Of a stretch of 64,000 nucleotides of DNA, positions 18,684 through 27,767 are shown in pieces (the first letter of the stretch is position 1; the number at the start of each line of letters is the position of its first letter). Under the pieces are notes generated by a model. That model saw nothing but the letters and a program-made list of their open reading frames with translations. It did not search any database and was not told the origin of the DNA. The DNA is taken from NCBI GenBank assembly GCA_965231765.1, contig OZ246887.1, positions 998,486 through 1,062,485 on the forward strand, written 5' to 3'. The position numbers and the translations under genes are program-made. This DNA comes from Candidatus Binatia bacterium. Its GTDB lineage: Bacteria; Desulfobacterota; Binatia; Bin18.

Positions 18684-19619
18684 TTACCGAATGATAATGG
18701 GATTTGACTCAATCTGATCCAGCATTTGTGGAAACGGCTTGTCACAAAAGTCCAGCCGGATATGGAGTTGCTCGTCCGCTCGAACATCCTGCGGAATAGT
18801 CCAGCGCAGTATTTTGTCACGTGGGTCGCGGACGGCCAAACACGCGTCCGGCTCGCCAGTCACGGAAAATTTTTGTAGGACGTTCCCCTCCCGGACAAAA
18901 GCAAAGCCGGAGACGACGCCGAACGGATAGTCAGTAATACGGGCCAGCCGCAGCTGGATCGTTTCCCCGGACAGATACCTGTCCTTATCCGTCCGCACCA
19001 TAATACGCTTATTGTGGTCCGAAACGTTGGTCCGCACTTGGGACGAGGTTCCATCCCAATGCCGTGCGGGTCCGGTATCCACATGCAGGGAGCTGCCGTG
19101 GTAATAGCCCACCCCACAGCAGTCGAGGCCTTTGAGAATCTCAAAGGCCTGGGCACCGAGGCGTTTGCCGACCCGGAGGTCAGCAGCCATGCCTTCCATG
19201 TGGAGGCTCGTCTTGGCCGCCAGTACGCCCCGTTTTCGCAGCTGGGCGTTGTAGGCTGGGCTACGGTAGCCCGAAATAATACGGATCGGCCGCTGAAAGC
19301 GGTCCTCAAAATAGTCGAGAAAGGAAATGAAGCGCAGCGAGATATGCGCGTCCGAGGAAGCCTTGATGCCGAAAATGCGATCGATTTGTTGCCAGGCTTT
19401 AGGGGGATACGACCCGTCTGGCAAACGATAGCGCAGCGTTGCCGAGCGGCCGTTCTTGGCGTTCGACAGCTGGATGAGACCATCACCGCTCAGGAAATAC
19501 CGGTCGGTGGGCTGGCCGGATTGTACGGGCTCTGCCCAGCCAAGATTCCCTCCGCACAACACAAAAAAGCTGACTAAAACCACGCTCCACATACGCATTT
19601 CCGCCCCCTGCTGACTCAA
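18684..19619 (-). CDS. secreted DUF882/YcbK-like peptidase M15 family protein with extra C-terminal domain
   Basis: Signal peptide, then ISGYRSPAYNAQL..SLHMEGMAADLRV. Confidence 0.75.
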   Translation of the reverse strand: MSQQGAEMRMWSVVLVSFFVLCGGNLGWAEPVQSGQPTDRYFLSGDGLIQLSNAKNGRSATLRYRLPDGSYPPKAWQQIDRIFGIKASSDAHISLRFISFLDYFEDRFQRPIRIISGYRSPAYNAQLRKRGVLAAKTSLHMEGMAADLRVGKRLGAQAFEILKGLDCCGVGYYHGSSLHVDTGPARHWDGTSSQVRTNVSDHNKRIMVRTDKDRYLSGETIQLRLARITDYPFGVVSGFAFVREGNVLQKFSVTGEPDACLAVRDPRDKILRWTIPQDVRADEQLHIRLDFCDKPFPQMLDQIESNPIIIR

Positions 19620-19823
19620 CTATCCGCCCCGAATCCTAAAAGCCTCTTTTTGTCAGGTCAAGACAACACCCACCTGAGGCCATCAAAAGAGGCCGCGACT
19701 TCGAGCAAAGCCCACCCACCCGTTGAACTGACACAGCCGGTATGACATGGATGTAGTGGACAATGTGGTCGTCCCCACCACGGAGAGGAAGGCCGGCCGG
19801 ACAAAAGGTCGGAACCCAAACGT

Positions 19824-21401
19824 ATGACACTCGTAACTTGGTCGTGGTTCTTCCTGGTCATCTATATCGGCGGCATGCTGACCATCGGGGTGTTGGCCCA
19901 GCGGCGCGTCAAGAACGCCGACGATTTTGCCACCGCACGCAGCTCCTACGGCCCGCTATTTCTGGCCCTGGCGTTTTCCGCCACTACGGTCAGCGGGGCA
20001 ACCTTCCTGGGCATGCCGGGGCTGAGCTACACCTGGGGGCTGACCACCATGTGGGGCGTCTTTCTGACCCCGGTCGGCCTCGGTTTGGGCATGTTGCTCA
20101 CCATGCGCCTGATCACCAAGTCCGGGCATCGCTTCGGCAACCGCTCCATCCCCGAGTACCTCGGCGACCGCTACCAGTCCGAAGGCATTCGGGTGCTGGT
20201 GTCGCTGTTCTCCCTGTTGTTGTGTTTCTATCTGGCCGGGCAGCTCGTGTCGGGCCTCGTCATGTTCGAGATTCTGCTGGGTCTGCCGCCGATCTGGGCT
20301 CTGATCATCACCACCACAGTGCTGCTGATTTACGTGGTGCTGGGCGGGGCCCACGCCGACATCATCGCCGATGGGGTCCAGGCCTGCATGATGCTGCTGG
20401 TCGCCATAGTCGTCGTGGTCCTGTTTCTGGTCGGCTTTGGCCTGGAGCTGGGCGAATCGGCCAGAAGCGGATTCCTGGGGCTGGTCGATACTCTGGCCGC
20501 CCAGGACGAACACCTGGTTGGCGTCCTCAACACCAAAACCCCGCTCTATCACTCCTGGTGGTCGATTGCCTCGCTGGTGATCTCGCTCATTCCGCTGGGC
20601 ATGCTGCCCCACCTGGGCAATAAGCTGTGGGCCTTGAGAGACAGCGCCGACCAGGGCCGCTTTCTGGCCTTCACGGTCATCTTCATCCTCACCCTGGCCA
20701 TGCTGGCCCTGGGCGGTCTGCTGGCCCGGGCGCTGATGGGAGACGCCCTGTTTGCCGAGGGAGCGACCTCAAACCACGCCCTACCCCTACTCTTCATCGA
20801 ACTGTTTCCGACCTGGCTGGCGGCGCTCGTCGGGGTCGGCGTGCTGGCCGCCATCATGTCCACCGCAGACGGGCTGGTGGTGTCCTCGTCGCAGACGATC
20901 GCCAACGACCTCTACCGTCTGACCATAGCGCCGAGGTTGAAGCATCCGCCAAGCGAGGCTCAGCTCGACCGACAGGTCTTATACATCAGCCGGGTAGCCA
21001 CGGTGGTCATTCTCGTCCTGTGTGCGGCCATCGCCTGGGCCTGGGTTGAAACCAACGTCATACTGATTGTCTGGATCGGGACCGGCGGCATCATGTCGGC
21101 ATTTGCCGGTTCTCTGGTCTTTGGGGCCCTGTGGCGCGGGGTCACCCGGGTCGGGGCGTATGCCGGCCTGGTCAGCGGCTTTGTCAGCTTTCTAGTCCTG
21201 CACACCCAGCTGCTCAACCCGGCCTGGTTTCCGGCCGGCACCCTGCACGATGTGGTCGCCTGGCTGTACATTGAGGGCGTCAACCCATTTTCCTGCTCGT
21301 CCATTGCCGGTCTGACCTCGGTGGTGTTCACCATCGTTGTCTCCAAAGTGACCCGGCCGCTGCCCGAAACCCACGTCCGGGCGCTTTTTGAGGGTGTTTA
21401 A
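19824..21401 (+). CDS. sodium:solute symporter (SSS) family transporter
   Basis: 525 aa and multi-TM, with an SSS-like N-terminus (DFATARSSYGP..). Very GC-rich third codon positions create long shadow ORFs. Confidence 0.85.
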   Translation: MTLVTWSWFFLVIYIGGMLTIGVLAQRRVKNADDFATARSSYGPLFLALAFSATTVSGATFLGMPGLSYTWGLTTMWGVFLTPVGLGLGMLLTMRLITKSGHRFGNRSIPEYLGDRYQSEGIRVLVSLFSLLLCFYLAGQLVSGLVMFEILLGLPPIWALIITTTVLLIYVVLGGAHADIIADGVQACMMLLVAIVVVVLFLVGFGLELGESARSGFLGLVDTLAAQDEHLVGVLNTKTPLYHSWWSIASLVISLIPLGMLPHLGNKLWALRDSADQGRFLAFTVIFILTLAMLALGGLLARALMGDALFAEGATSNHALPLLFIELFPTWLAALVGVGVLAAIMSTADGLVVSSSQTIANDLYRLTIAPRLKHPPSEAQLDRQVLYISRVATVVILVLCAAIAWAWVETNVILIVWIGTGGIMSAFAGSLVFGALWRGVTRVGAYAGLVSGFVSFLVLHTQLLNPAWFPAGTLHDVVAWLYIEGVNPFSCSSIAGLTSVVFTIVVSKVTRPLPETHVRALFEGV

Positions 21402-21452
21402 GCCTATGAGAAGTCCCCTCACCTAGCAGCTCTTCCACAGAAAAAATTCAGC

Positions 21453-22271
21453 TTAATCGCCCACGGCGAGCATTTCGGCAATTTCATCGAGATACTCTTT
21501 CAGAGACAATCCGTGGCCTTTTGCCAAAATCGCCAGCGTATCGATCTTTGTCCGCTCTCCCCTTTCGATTCTTCGCACCTGGCGTTCAGAAAGTCCTTGA
21601 ATCTCGGCTTGCTTGATCCCACGCTGCTTGCGCAATGCGGCAACGGTCGCTCCGAATCGAATGTCATACAGCAGTCTTTCGCGTTCCTTTTTCTCACGCC
21701 ACGCATCATCTTTCAGGCAGCGAACCGCGTCAAAATCGATATGGACATCGCCCTCAGGCCAGTGCAGATAACTGCCTTCGCTGGAGATGGTAAATGAAGA
21801 ACGGTGTTGTGCTGGAATGCGCTTCAGGGCGGGCATTTCTTCAAAACCAACTCTGAACAAGCTGTGGTCACAGGCCATGACAAAGAGCTCATCGTGAGTG
21901 ACCTGGGCAGCGGCAATGAGTTGATCCGGACAGCCAAGACTCCAGGCCATGAGCACACGCTTTGGGACCTCTTTCCCCGAGTGGACAAGAATACGTCGGC
22001 TGATTCTGAGTTTTGCCTCATAGAGCATCTGGGGTAAAAACTGAGCGTTGTCGTCTTCTCGGACGAAAAGGGTTCGGAGATGGTTTCGATGACGTACAGC
22101 ACGGACAAACTCACTGACAGCAGGAAGGTCCGCAACAGAGGTGAGCACGAAAATATCCCGAGCGTTTACCTTTTTCAGATCCAGCTTTCGAAAAACGATG
22201 AAAGAAGGCGGAATGATGTCATAGCTAAATGGGTCCTGGGCCCAGACGGTCATTTCAGTAGGCTTTGACAT
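21453..22271 (-). CDS. DUF2442-like domain protein with C-terminal XRE-type HTH
   Basis: ATG at 22271. FTISSEGSYLHWPEGDVHIDFDAV (DUF2442-like) and the C-terminal HTH LSERQVRRIERGERTKIDTL. Confidence 0.6.
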   Translation of the reverse strand: MSKPTEMTVWAQDPFSYDIIPPSFIVFRKLDLKKVNARDIFVLTSVADLPAVSEFVRAVRHRNHLRTLFVREDDNAQFLPQMLYEAKLRISRRILVHSGKEVPKRVLMAWSLGCPDQLIAAAQVTHDELFVMACDHSLFRVGFEEMPALKRIPAQHRSSFTISSEGSYLHWPEGDVHIDFDAVRCLKDDAWREKKERERLLYDIRFGATVAALRKQRGIKQAEIQGLSERQVRRIERGERTKIDTLAILAKGHGLSLKEYLDEIAEMLAVGD

Positions 22272-22273
22272 GT

Positions 22274-22563
22274 TCAGCTCCCTCTCTCTACTTTGGCTTC
22301 CCACTCGATATAAATCGCGTCTCTGTGCCGGAGCACCAAGCTTAAAAGTTCCCGCTGTTCTTTGGGGGAAACTTCATGTTGAAAGCTAATTTTCTGCGTT
22401 TACACGCACCGAAAAGGACGCGTATCTCCCACTTGTCCGGTTTACGGGCGTGAAAATGAGGTGGTTCGTGATCTGAGGAATTGAACCATAGGTCCACACC
22501 GGCCAGTTGAAAACATTCCAACTTTCCCAAAAAGCAGCTCCTCCGCTTTCTCCTAGAGAGCAT
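22274..22563 (-). pseudogene. DUF4160 family gene, frameshifted
   Basis: DHEPPHFHA motif in one frame. The expected C-terminus KEQRELLSLVLRHRDAIYIEWEAKV continues in another frame after the C5A3 run near 22361-22368. Confidence 0.6.
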
Positions 22564-22621
22564 ACTCAAAACCGGACAATAAATCAATTTTGTACATTTG
22601 AAAAAATGTCTGGTAACTGAT

Positions 22622-22774
22622 ATGCGCCGAGATGCTGTATTCGTGTTGAAACACGTGAGCAAGTCACGCGAACCGTTTGTCATCACCCAACGAGGACAAG
22701 CCGCGGCTGTGAAAACTTTACGGCCAAGCTCGCTGGAAAAAAATGAAAGGCTTTGCTACTGTTCGCTCGGTTGA
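22622..22774 (+). pseudogene. possible Phd/YefM-type antitoxin remnant
   Basis: ..VSKSREPFVITQRGQAAAV.. resembles the antitoxin N-terminal core. The remainder is not recognisable. Confidence 0.3.
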
Positions 22775-22871
22775 TGGCACGGTGCACAGGGCTGAGGTGC
22801 ACTGGTACGAAGGACATAGGATTGGACGCAAAGAATTCAAAATCAAATTTCCTTTGCTGGATGAGCTATGA
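22743..22871 (+). CDS. 42-aa mini-ORF (MKGFATVRSVDGTVHRAEVHWYEGHRIGRKEFKIK..)
   Basis: ATG-started ORF below the track threshold. It resembles small proteins I recall from TA-rich loci, which is unverified. Confidence 0.3.
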   Translation: MKGFATVRSVDGTVHRAEVHWYEGHRIGRKEFKIKFPLLDEL

Positions 22872-22992
22872 ATGAGGGGCACGGTAAAAGCACCGTCCTT
22901 TGCGGTGTGCATCAACAATGTAGAGTACAAGGCGTCGCTGGAGGTGGGAAAGCTGTATCCGGAGTAAGCAAACCAAAAAGAGGAGCCTGTGA

Positions 22993-25320
22993 ATGCCAGA
23001 TACGAAGTGGTTGAGTCCGATCATTATGGAACCGGGCAAGCTAAAACGCGAAGCGGTGAAGCGCAGGAAGGCATATCAGGAACTGTCCGTGGAAGAGTCT
23101 GGGATACGCGGTCATCTTGATGACGGGTGGGAGATTGACAGAGAGCTAAAAAGAAAAACTCGATTACGAAAGCGGTTGTCTCATGACCAAATACTTGAAA
23201 ATCGAGTCTGGTACCTCTTCTATCTACTCGGATATCCTGAAATAAGTTCAGGAAGGAATTTCCAAATCACAATCCACCGTAAAAGTGCGGACCCTTATAA
23301 GAAGCAAATTGATGTTCTAGCTAAGGATGACGAAACGGTCATTGTCACAGAATGTAAATTATCTGACCATATTTATCGCCGAAGCCTACAAAAAGACGTT
23401 GAGGAGTTTTCTAACCTCAAAGGACCTATTTCCAGTGCGATAAAGAAACACTACGGACCTGACTTCAAACCAAAGATAATTTGGCTCTTTGTAACAAACA
23501 ATATCGTGTGGTCAGATCCTGATAAACAGAGAGCCGCTGGAGCAAAAATTGATGTAGTTACGGAGAGGGAGCTCAGTTACTACTTGCAGATAGCTGACCA
23601 CCTCCGTTCAGCAGCGCGATTTCAGTTTCTCGCGGAGTTCCTTAAGACTCAGAAAATCCCCGAGATGGAGAATGTACGCGTCCCTGCTGTCAAGGGAAAG
23701 TTAGGTGGTAAGGTTTTTTACTCATTCGTCTCAACTCCAAGACAAATGCTGAAAATATCATTTGTGAATCATCGATCTCTCAGCGATCCTAGCGGAGCAC
23801 CATCTTATCAGCGCCTTGTCAACAGAACGCGACTTCGTTAGATCTCGCAATTTATTTACGATGGCGGTTTCTTCCCTACCAACATCTTGGTGAACTTTTC
23901 AGAGAAATGTCGGTTTGACCCTATGGCGAAGGATAGCGACAATAACGTCACTTTTGGAAACCTCCACCTCCCATGCCGATATAGATCAGCTTGGATTATT
24001 GATGGACAGCACCGTCTTTATGGTTACGCCCCTTTGTCTGATGAACATCTGAACCAGAACATTATGGTCGTTGCGTTTGAGGAGTTGAAAAAAGAAGAAG
24101 AGGCGAATCTCTTTGTTACGATCAATCATGAACAGAAGTCTGTTCCCAAAACATTGCTGGACGACTTGGAGGGTGAGCTTAAATGGGGATCTACTCGTCC
24201 GACGGAAAGAATAGGAGCAATCAGTGCGCGTCTCATTGGGCTTCTCAATAACGATGTTGGAGAAGCACTGTACCAACGTGTCACACGGCAAGGTATCCCC
24301 CCATCGGAAAAGACATGTCTTACAGTGCCAGCGTTGAAGGACGGACTTCGTCGGTCAGGACTCGTTGGGCAAGCTATTCTCAAAAAGAAGGAGTATGCTC
24401 CTGGCCCCCTTTGCGGAACTGGGGATTCGGAGACACTGGATAGAGCACGCGTGGTCCTGAACAGCTATCTTCAGCTCCTTGCAAGCGCAAATCCCAAACA
24501 ATGGGAAGCAGGCCGGAAGGGATATCTCTGTACGAATACGTCCCTGCAAGCTTACCTGCAATTGCTTGGCGCCACAATCAGCTACATGGAGTCCAACAAA
24601 GGGCTCTCGGCTAGGGAACTTGAACCTAGTGAGATCATCGCTGAGATAGAGGAATACATTGATCCTATCCTCAAGTGGTTGGCCAAAGCATCCCCTGTAC
24701 AAATGGAGAAGGAATTCAAGGTCCAGTTTGGCTCTGGAGGCCCTAGAGAGTACTTCTATCGGCTCTGCCAAATGATCCGCAATGAATTTTCTGACTTCTC
24801 ACCGGAAGGAATTGACGAGTGGACAGAAGAACAATCAGAAGAGCGCGTTGCAGATGCGGATAAAAAACTCAAGGATCTCAACATCCAAGTGCAAAAGACA
24901 ATTTTCGACATTTTCAAACAGCAGTATGGTGCGAGCGGTGATTCATACTGGAACAAGGGAGTCCTGGATAAGAAAATTAAAATACATGCGTACGAGAAAT
25001 CCCAAGATGATGATGACGAAGATCGTCTACCCCTCGAAAACTATCTGGACTTCATCGAATATAAGAAGATCGTAGAAAACAAGACTCATTGGCCCCTATT
25101 CAAATCCATTTTCGACATCCCGGACCCAGGCGAGAAGGGTTATACCAAGAACATCCGATGGATGGAACGTGTCAATGAACTTAGGCGGATTCCTGCCCAT
25201 CCCACAGAGAAACGTCGCTACAAGGCAAGTGACTTTGAATACATTGACTATATCCATGAAAAATTCATCAGTTGTGTCAAGACAGCTAACCTCAGTTCTG
25301 TGAAGGTAAACGGTGAGTAA
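22993..25320 (+). pseudogene. PD-(D/E)xK + DGQHR (DndB/ParB-like) + Rx4H-tail fusion protein, interrupted by one in-frame TAG (23839-23841)
   Basis: Track ORFs 22993-23841 and 23887-25320 are in the same frame. Read-through gives ..YQRLVNRTRLR*ISQFIYDGGFFPTNILVNF.., a contiguous DGQHR-family core. The DGQHR motif is at 24001-24015. Confidence 0.7.
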
Positions 25321-26155
25321 CATAGTTCCCGTTCTAAAATGGGCTGGGGGGAAACGCTGGTTTGTGGCACAGTACTCAGCATTGCTACGTCGAGATGCAA
25401 TCAGGTATTTGGAGCCCTTCCTTGGTAGCGGAGCTATTTTCTTTCATACCAAACCTCAGCGGGCAATACTAAGTGACTTGAACCAGGAACTAATTGCAAC
25501 CTACGAGTCGCTACGTGACGAGCCGCAAGAGGTATGGAAGTATCTTTGTTTCCACGGACAAAAACATAGTAAGGAGTATTACTATCTTGTTCGGAGTCAG
25601 AAACCACGCACCTCAGCTCGGCGGGCAGCAAGATTTATCTATTTGAATAGGACCTGTTTCAACGGACTCTACCGTGTTAATCTCCAAGGCGTGTTCAATG
25701 TACCAAAGGGAACAAAAGATACGGTTATTCTCCCTACTGATGACTTTGGGCTTGTCTCCAAGATCTTACAATCATCATCTCTAACATCGCGAGATTTCTC
25801 ATACACCATTACAGAGGCAACGGAAGGCGACCTGCTATACGTTGACCCGCCGTACACTGTGCGTCATAACAATAACAACTTCCTCAAGTATAATGAGTGT
25901 ATCTTTTCTTGGCGTGATCAGAGACGCCTAGCCGATTGTCTCCTCCAGGCGGCGAAACGTGGTGCTTGCATACTAATGTCAAATGCAGATCACCCATGCA
26001 TCCATGACTTGTACAGTGACAGAGTCTGGCAACGCCTTTCTGTTAGCCGATTCAGCCGTCTAGCTTCATCTGCGAAACATCGCAAAGAGACCACGGAACT
26101 AGTAATTTCCAATTACTTGAACAAGCATGCTGAACAAGTATATCCACGGTCTTGA
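25313..26155 (+). CDS. Dam-class (alpha) N6-adenine DNA methyltransferase
   Basis: KWAGGKRW, FLGSGAIFF (FxGxG) and LLYVDPPYT. GTG start overlaps the upstream TAA stop. Confidence 0.9.
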   Translation: MSNIVPVLKWAGGKRWFVAQYSALLRRDAIRYLEPFLGSGAIFFHTKPQRAILSDLNQELIATYESLRDEPQEVWKYLCFHGQKHSKEYYYLVRSQKPRTSARRAARFIYLNRTCFNGLYRVNLQGVFNVPKGTKDTVILPTDDFGLVSKILQSSSLTSRDFSYTITEATEGDLLYVDPPYTVRHNNNNFLKYNECIFSWRDQRRLADCLLQAAKRGACILMSNADHPCIHDLYSDRVWQRLSVSRFSRLASSAKHRKETTELVISNYLNKHAEQVYPRS

Positions 26156-26507
26156 AAATACAGGCATTTTTCATTCTTCGCTCCTCGGTGTCAGATATGG
26201 AAGAAAGCACAAGGCACAAACATACCTGGAGTAATTCGATTTTACTGAATAGTCATCAGGAAATGCTCTAACAGGGACTCGCAATAATTCGGACTGCTGA
26301 AGCTGCCATCAGAGCCAGTATAGAGCGGTTGGATTGGTCACGCAGAGAGGCTGTCGGGTTACGCTCTGCTAATCTGACCTACGGCCGAAAGGGCAGGGCA
26401 GGGTGGTAAAGAGTCGCGGCATGCTCCTAGGCGCCCGAGATCGCCTAGTCAAGGCGGGAGACAATTGGTATGGTCTACCCGACAGAGCACACATAAGGAG
26501 GCGCAAC

Positions 26508-27755
26508 ATGAAGATATCCATGTTTCACCTGATGCCCTACCGGGACCTGCCGGACGATTTTGAACAACGCTACCACTCCGTCTGGGTTGATCCGCCCTGG
26601 AACGAACTGGGCGACGCCAAAAAAGTTGGCCAATACTACAACTGGACGCTTGATGAACTCATTTATGCCGCCAAATCCGGCATGGATGGCATCTGTGTCA
26701 ATGAACACCACCAAAATGCCTACGGCTTTATGCCAAACCCCAACCTAATGGGCTCAGTTTTGGCGCGGGCAACCAACGATATGGACGTGGCTATCGTGCA
26801 AATGGGTGCCACCTTGCCAACGACCAACCCGCCGACCCGCGTGGCAGAAGAATACGGCATGCTCGATACGATCAGCGGTGGTCGTTTAGTCGCTGGTATG
26901 CCTTTGGGGACAGCCATGGATGCCACGCTGTGTGCCGGCATTACCCCGATTGAACAGCGTGAGCGCTATTACGAAGCGCATGATCTGATCCTCAAAGCCT
27001 GGACCGCCGACGACATTTTCGCCTGGAATGGCAAATATTATCAATTGCCAAAGGTCAACGTCTGGCCACGGCCGATCCAGCAACCGCATCCGCCTATCTG
27101 GATCCCCGGATTGGGCAGCCTCAGCACTTGGGAATTTGCCGCTCAGCACAGCCACTGCTACTGCTTTCTCAGCTATTATGGTCCCAAGGCGGGTAAAAGC
27201 GTCATGGACGGGTTTTGGCAGTTCATCGATAAACGCGGGATCGAACCCAATCCGTACCGAGCCGGCTTTCTGCAACTCGTCGCCGTCGCCGAAACAGACG
27301 CCAAAGCCGAAGAGCTGTACGAGAAGCACATCCAGTACTTCTATAACAAATCCTTGCATATCCCGGCTGAATACTTCTTCCCACCGGGACATCAAGACTA
27401 TCGCAGTTTAGAAAACAACGTTCGTAAGGGCATTTTCAAGAGCTATTTTGATAAACTCGCAGATATCCCCAACTGGAAGTTCAAAGACTTTGTCGATGAG
27501 GGTTTTGTCATTGCTGGGAGTCCGTCAACCGTCCGTGACATGCTCACCGATGCAGTCAAAGATCTGCGGATCGGCAACCTGATGACGCTGTTACATATTG
27601 GCTCCATGCCGCATGACTTAACGCTCAAGAACATTGATATGTTCACCAGCGAAGTCATGCCTCACATGCACGACATGTGGGACGATAAGTGGGAAAATCA
27701 TTGGTGGCCAGAAAAGCTTAAAGCCAAACGTGAAACCACGCTTGCCGCGCTGTAA
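26508..27755 (+). CDS. LLM class flavin-dependent oxidoreductase
   Basis: MKISMFHLMPY.., with ATG at 26508 after AAGGAGG. Luciferase-like TIM-barrel pattern. Confidence 0.85.
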   Translation: MKISMFHLMPYRDLPDDFEQRYHSVWVDPPWNELGDAKKVGQYYNWTLDELIYAAKSGMDGICVNEHHQNAYGFMPNPNLMGSVLARATNDMDVAIVQMGATLPTTNPPTRVAEEYGMLDTISGGRLVAGMPLGTAMDATLCAGITPIEQRERYYEAHDLILKAWTADDIFAWNGKYYQLPKVNVWPRPIQQPHPPIWIPGLGSLSTWEFAAQHSHCYCFLSYYGPKAGKSVMDGFWQFIDKRGIEPNPYRAGFLQLVAVAETDAKAEELYEKHIQYFYNKSLHIPAEYFFPPGHQDYRSLENNVRKGIFKSYFDKLADIPNWKFKDFVDEGFVIAGSPSTVRDMLTDAVKDLRIGNLMTLLHIGSMPHDLTLKNIDMFTSEVMPHMHDMWDDKWENHWWPEKLKAKRETTLAAL

Positions 27756-27767
27756 GGAGGCACACGG

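Noticed and set aside
18860-19577. ORFs 18860-19486 (-) and 19014-19577 (+)
   Set aside because: They are alternative frames or antisense to the DUF882/YcbK-like gene, which has the conserved peptidase M15 motifs.
19763-21422. Multiple long track ORFs on both strands (for example 19763-20623 +, 19956-20612 -, 20549-20905 -, 20627-21049 +, 20960-21346 -)
   Set aside because: - They all lie inside the 525-aa SSS transporter gene.
- Their translations are Arg/Pro/Gly-rich low-complexity strings, typical of shadow frames in GC3-rich DNA.
26403-26507. N-terminal extensions of several track ORFs (for example 26403, 14516, 17527, 32895, 45226, 47069, 63288, 30319)
   Set aside because: In each case an internal ATG with a strong Shine-Dalgarno gives the canonical family N-terminus. 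The extensions cross spacers, terminators or REP-like palindromes.
26300-26507. Riboswitch upstream of the LLM oxidoreductase operon
   Set aside because: - There is only a degenerate REP-like sequence and a small hairpin (26427-26448).
- I recognised no conserved riboswitch core of the FMN, TPP or cobalamin type.
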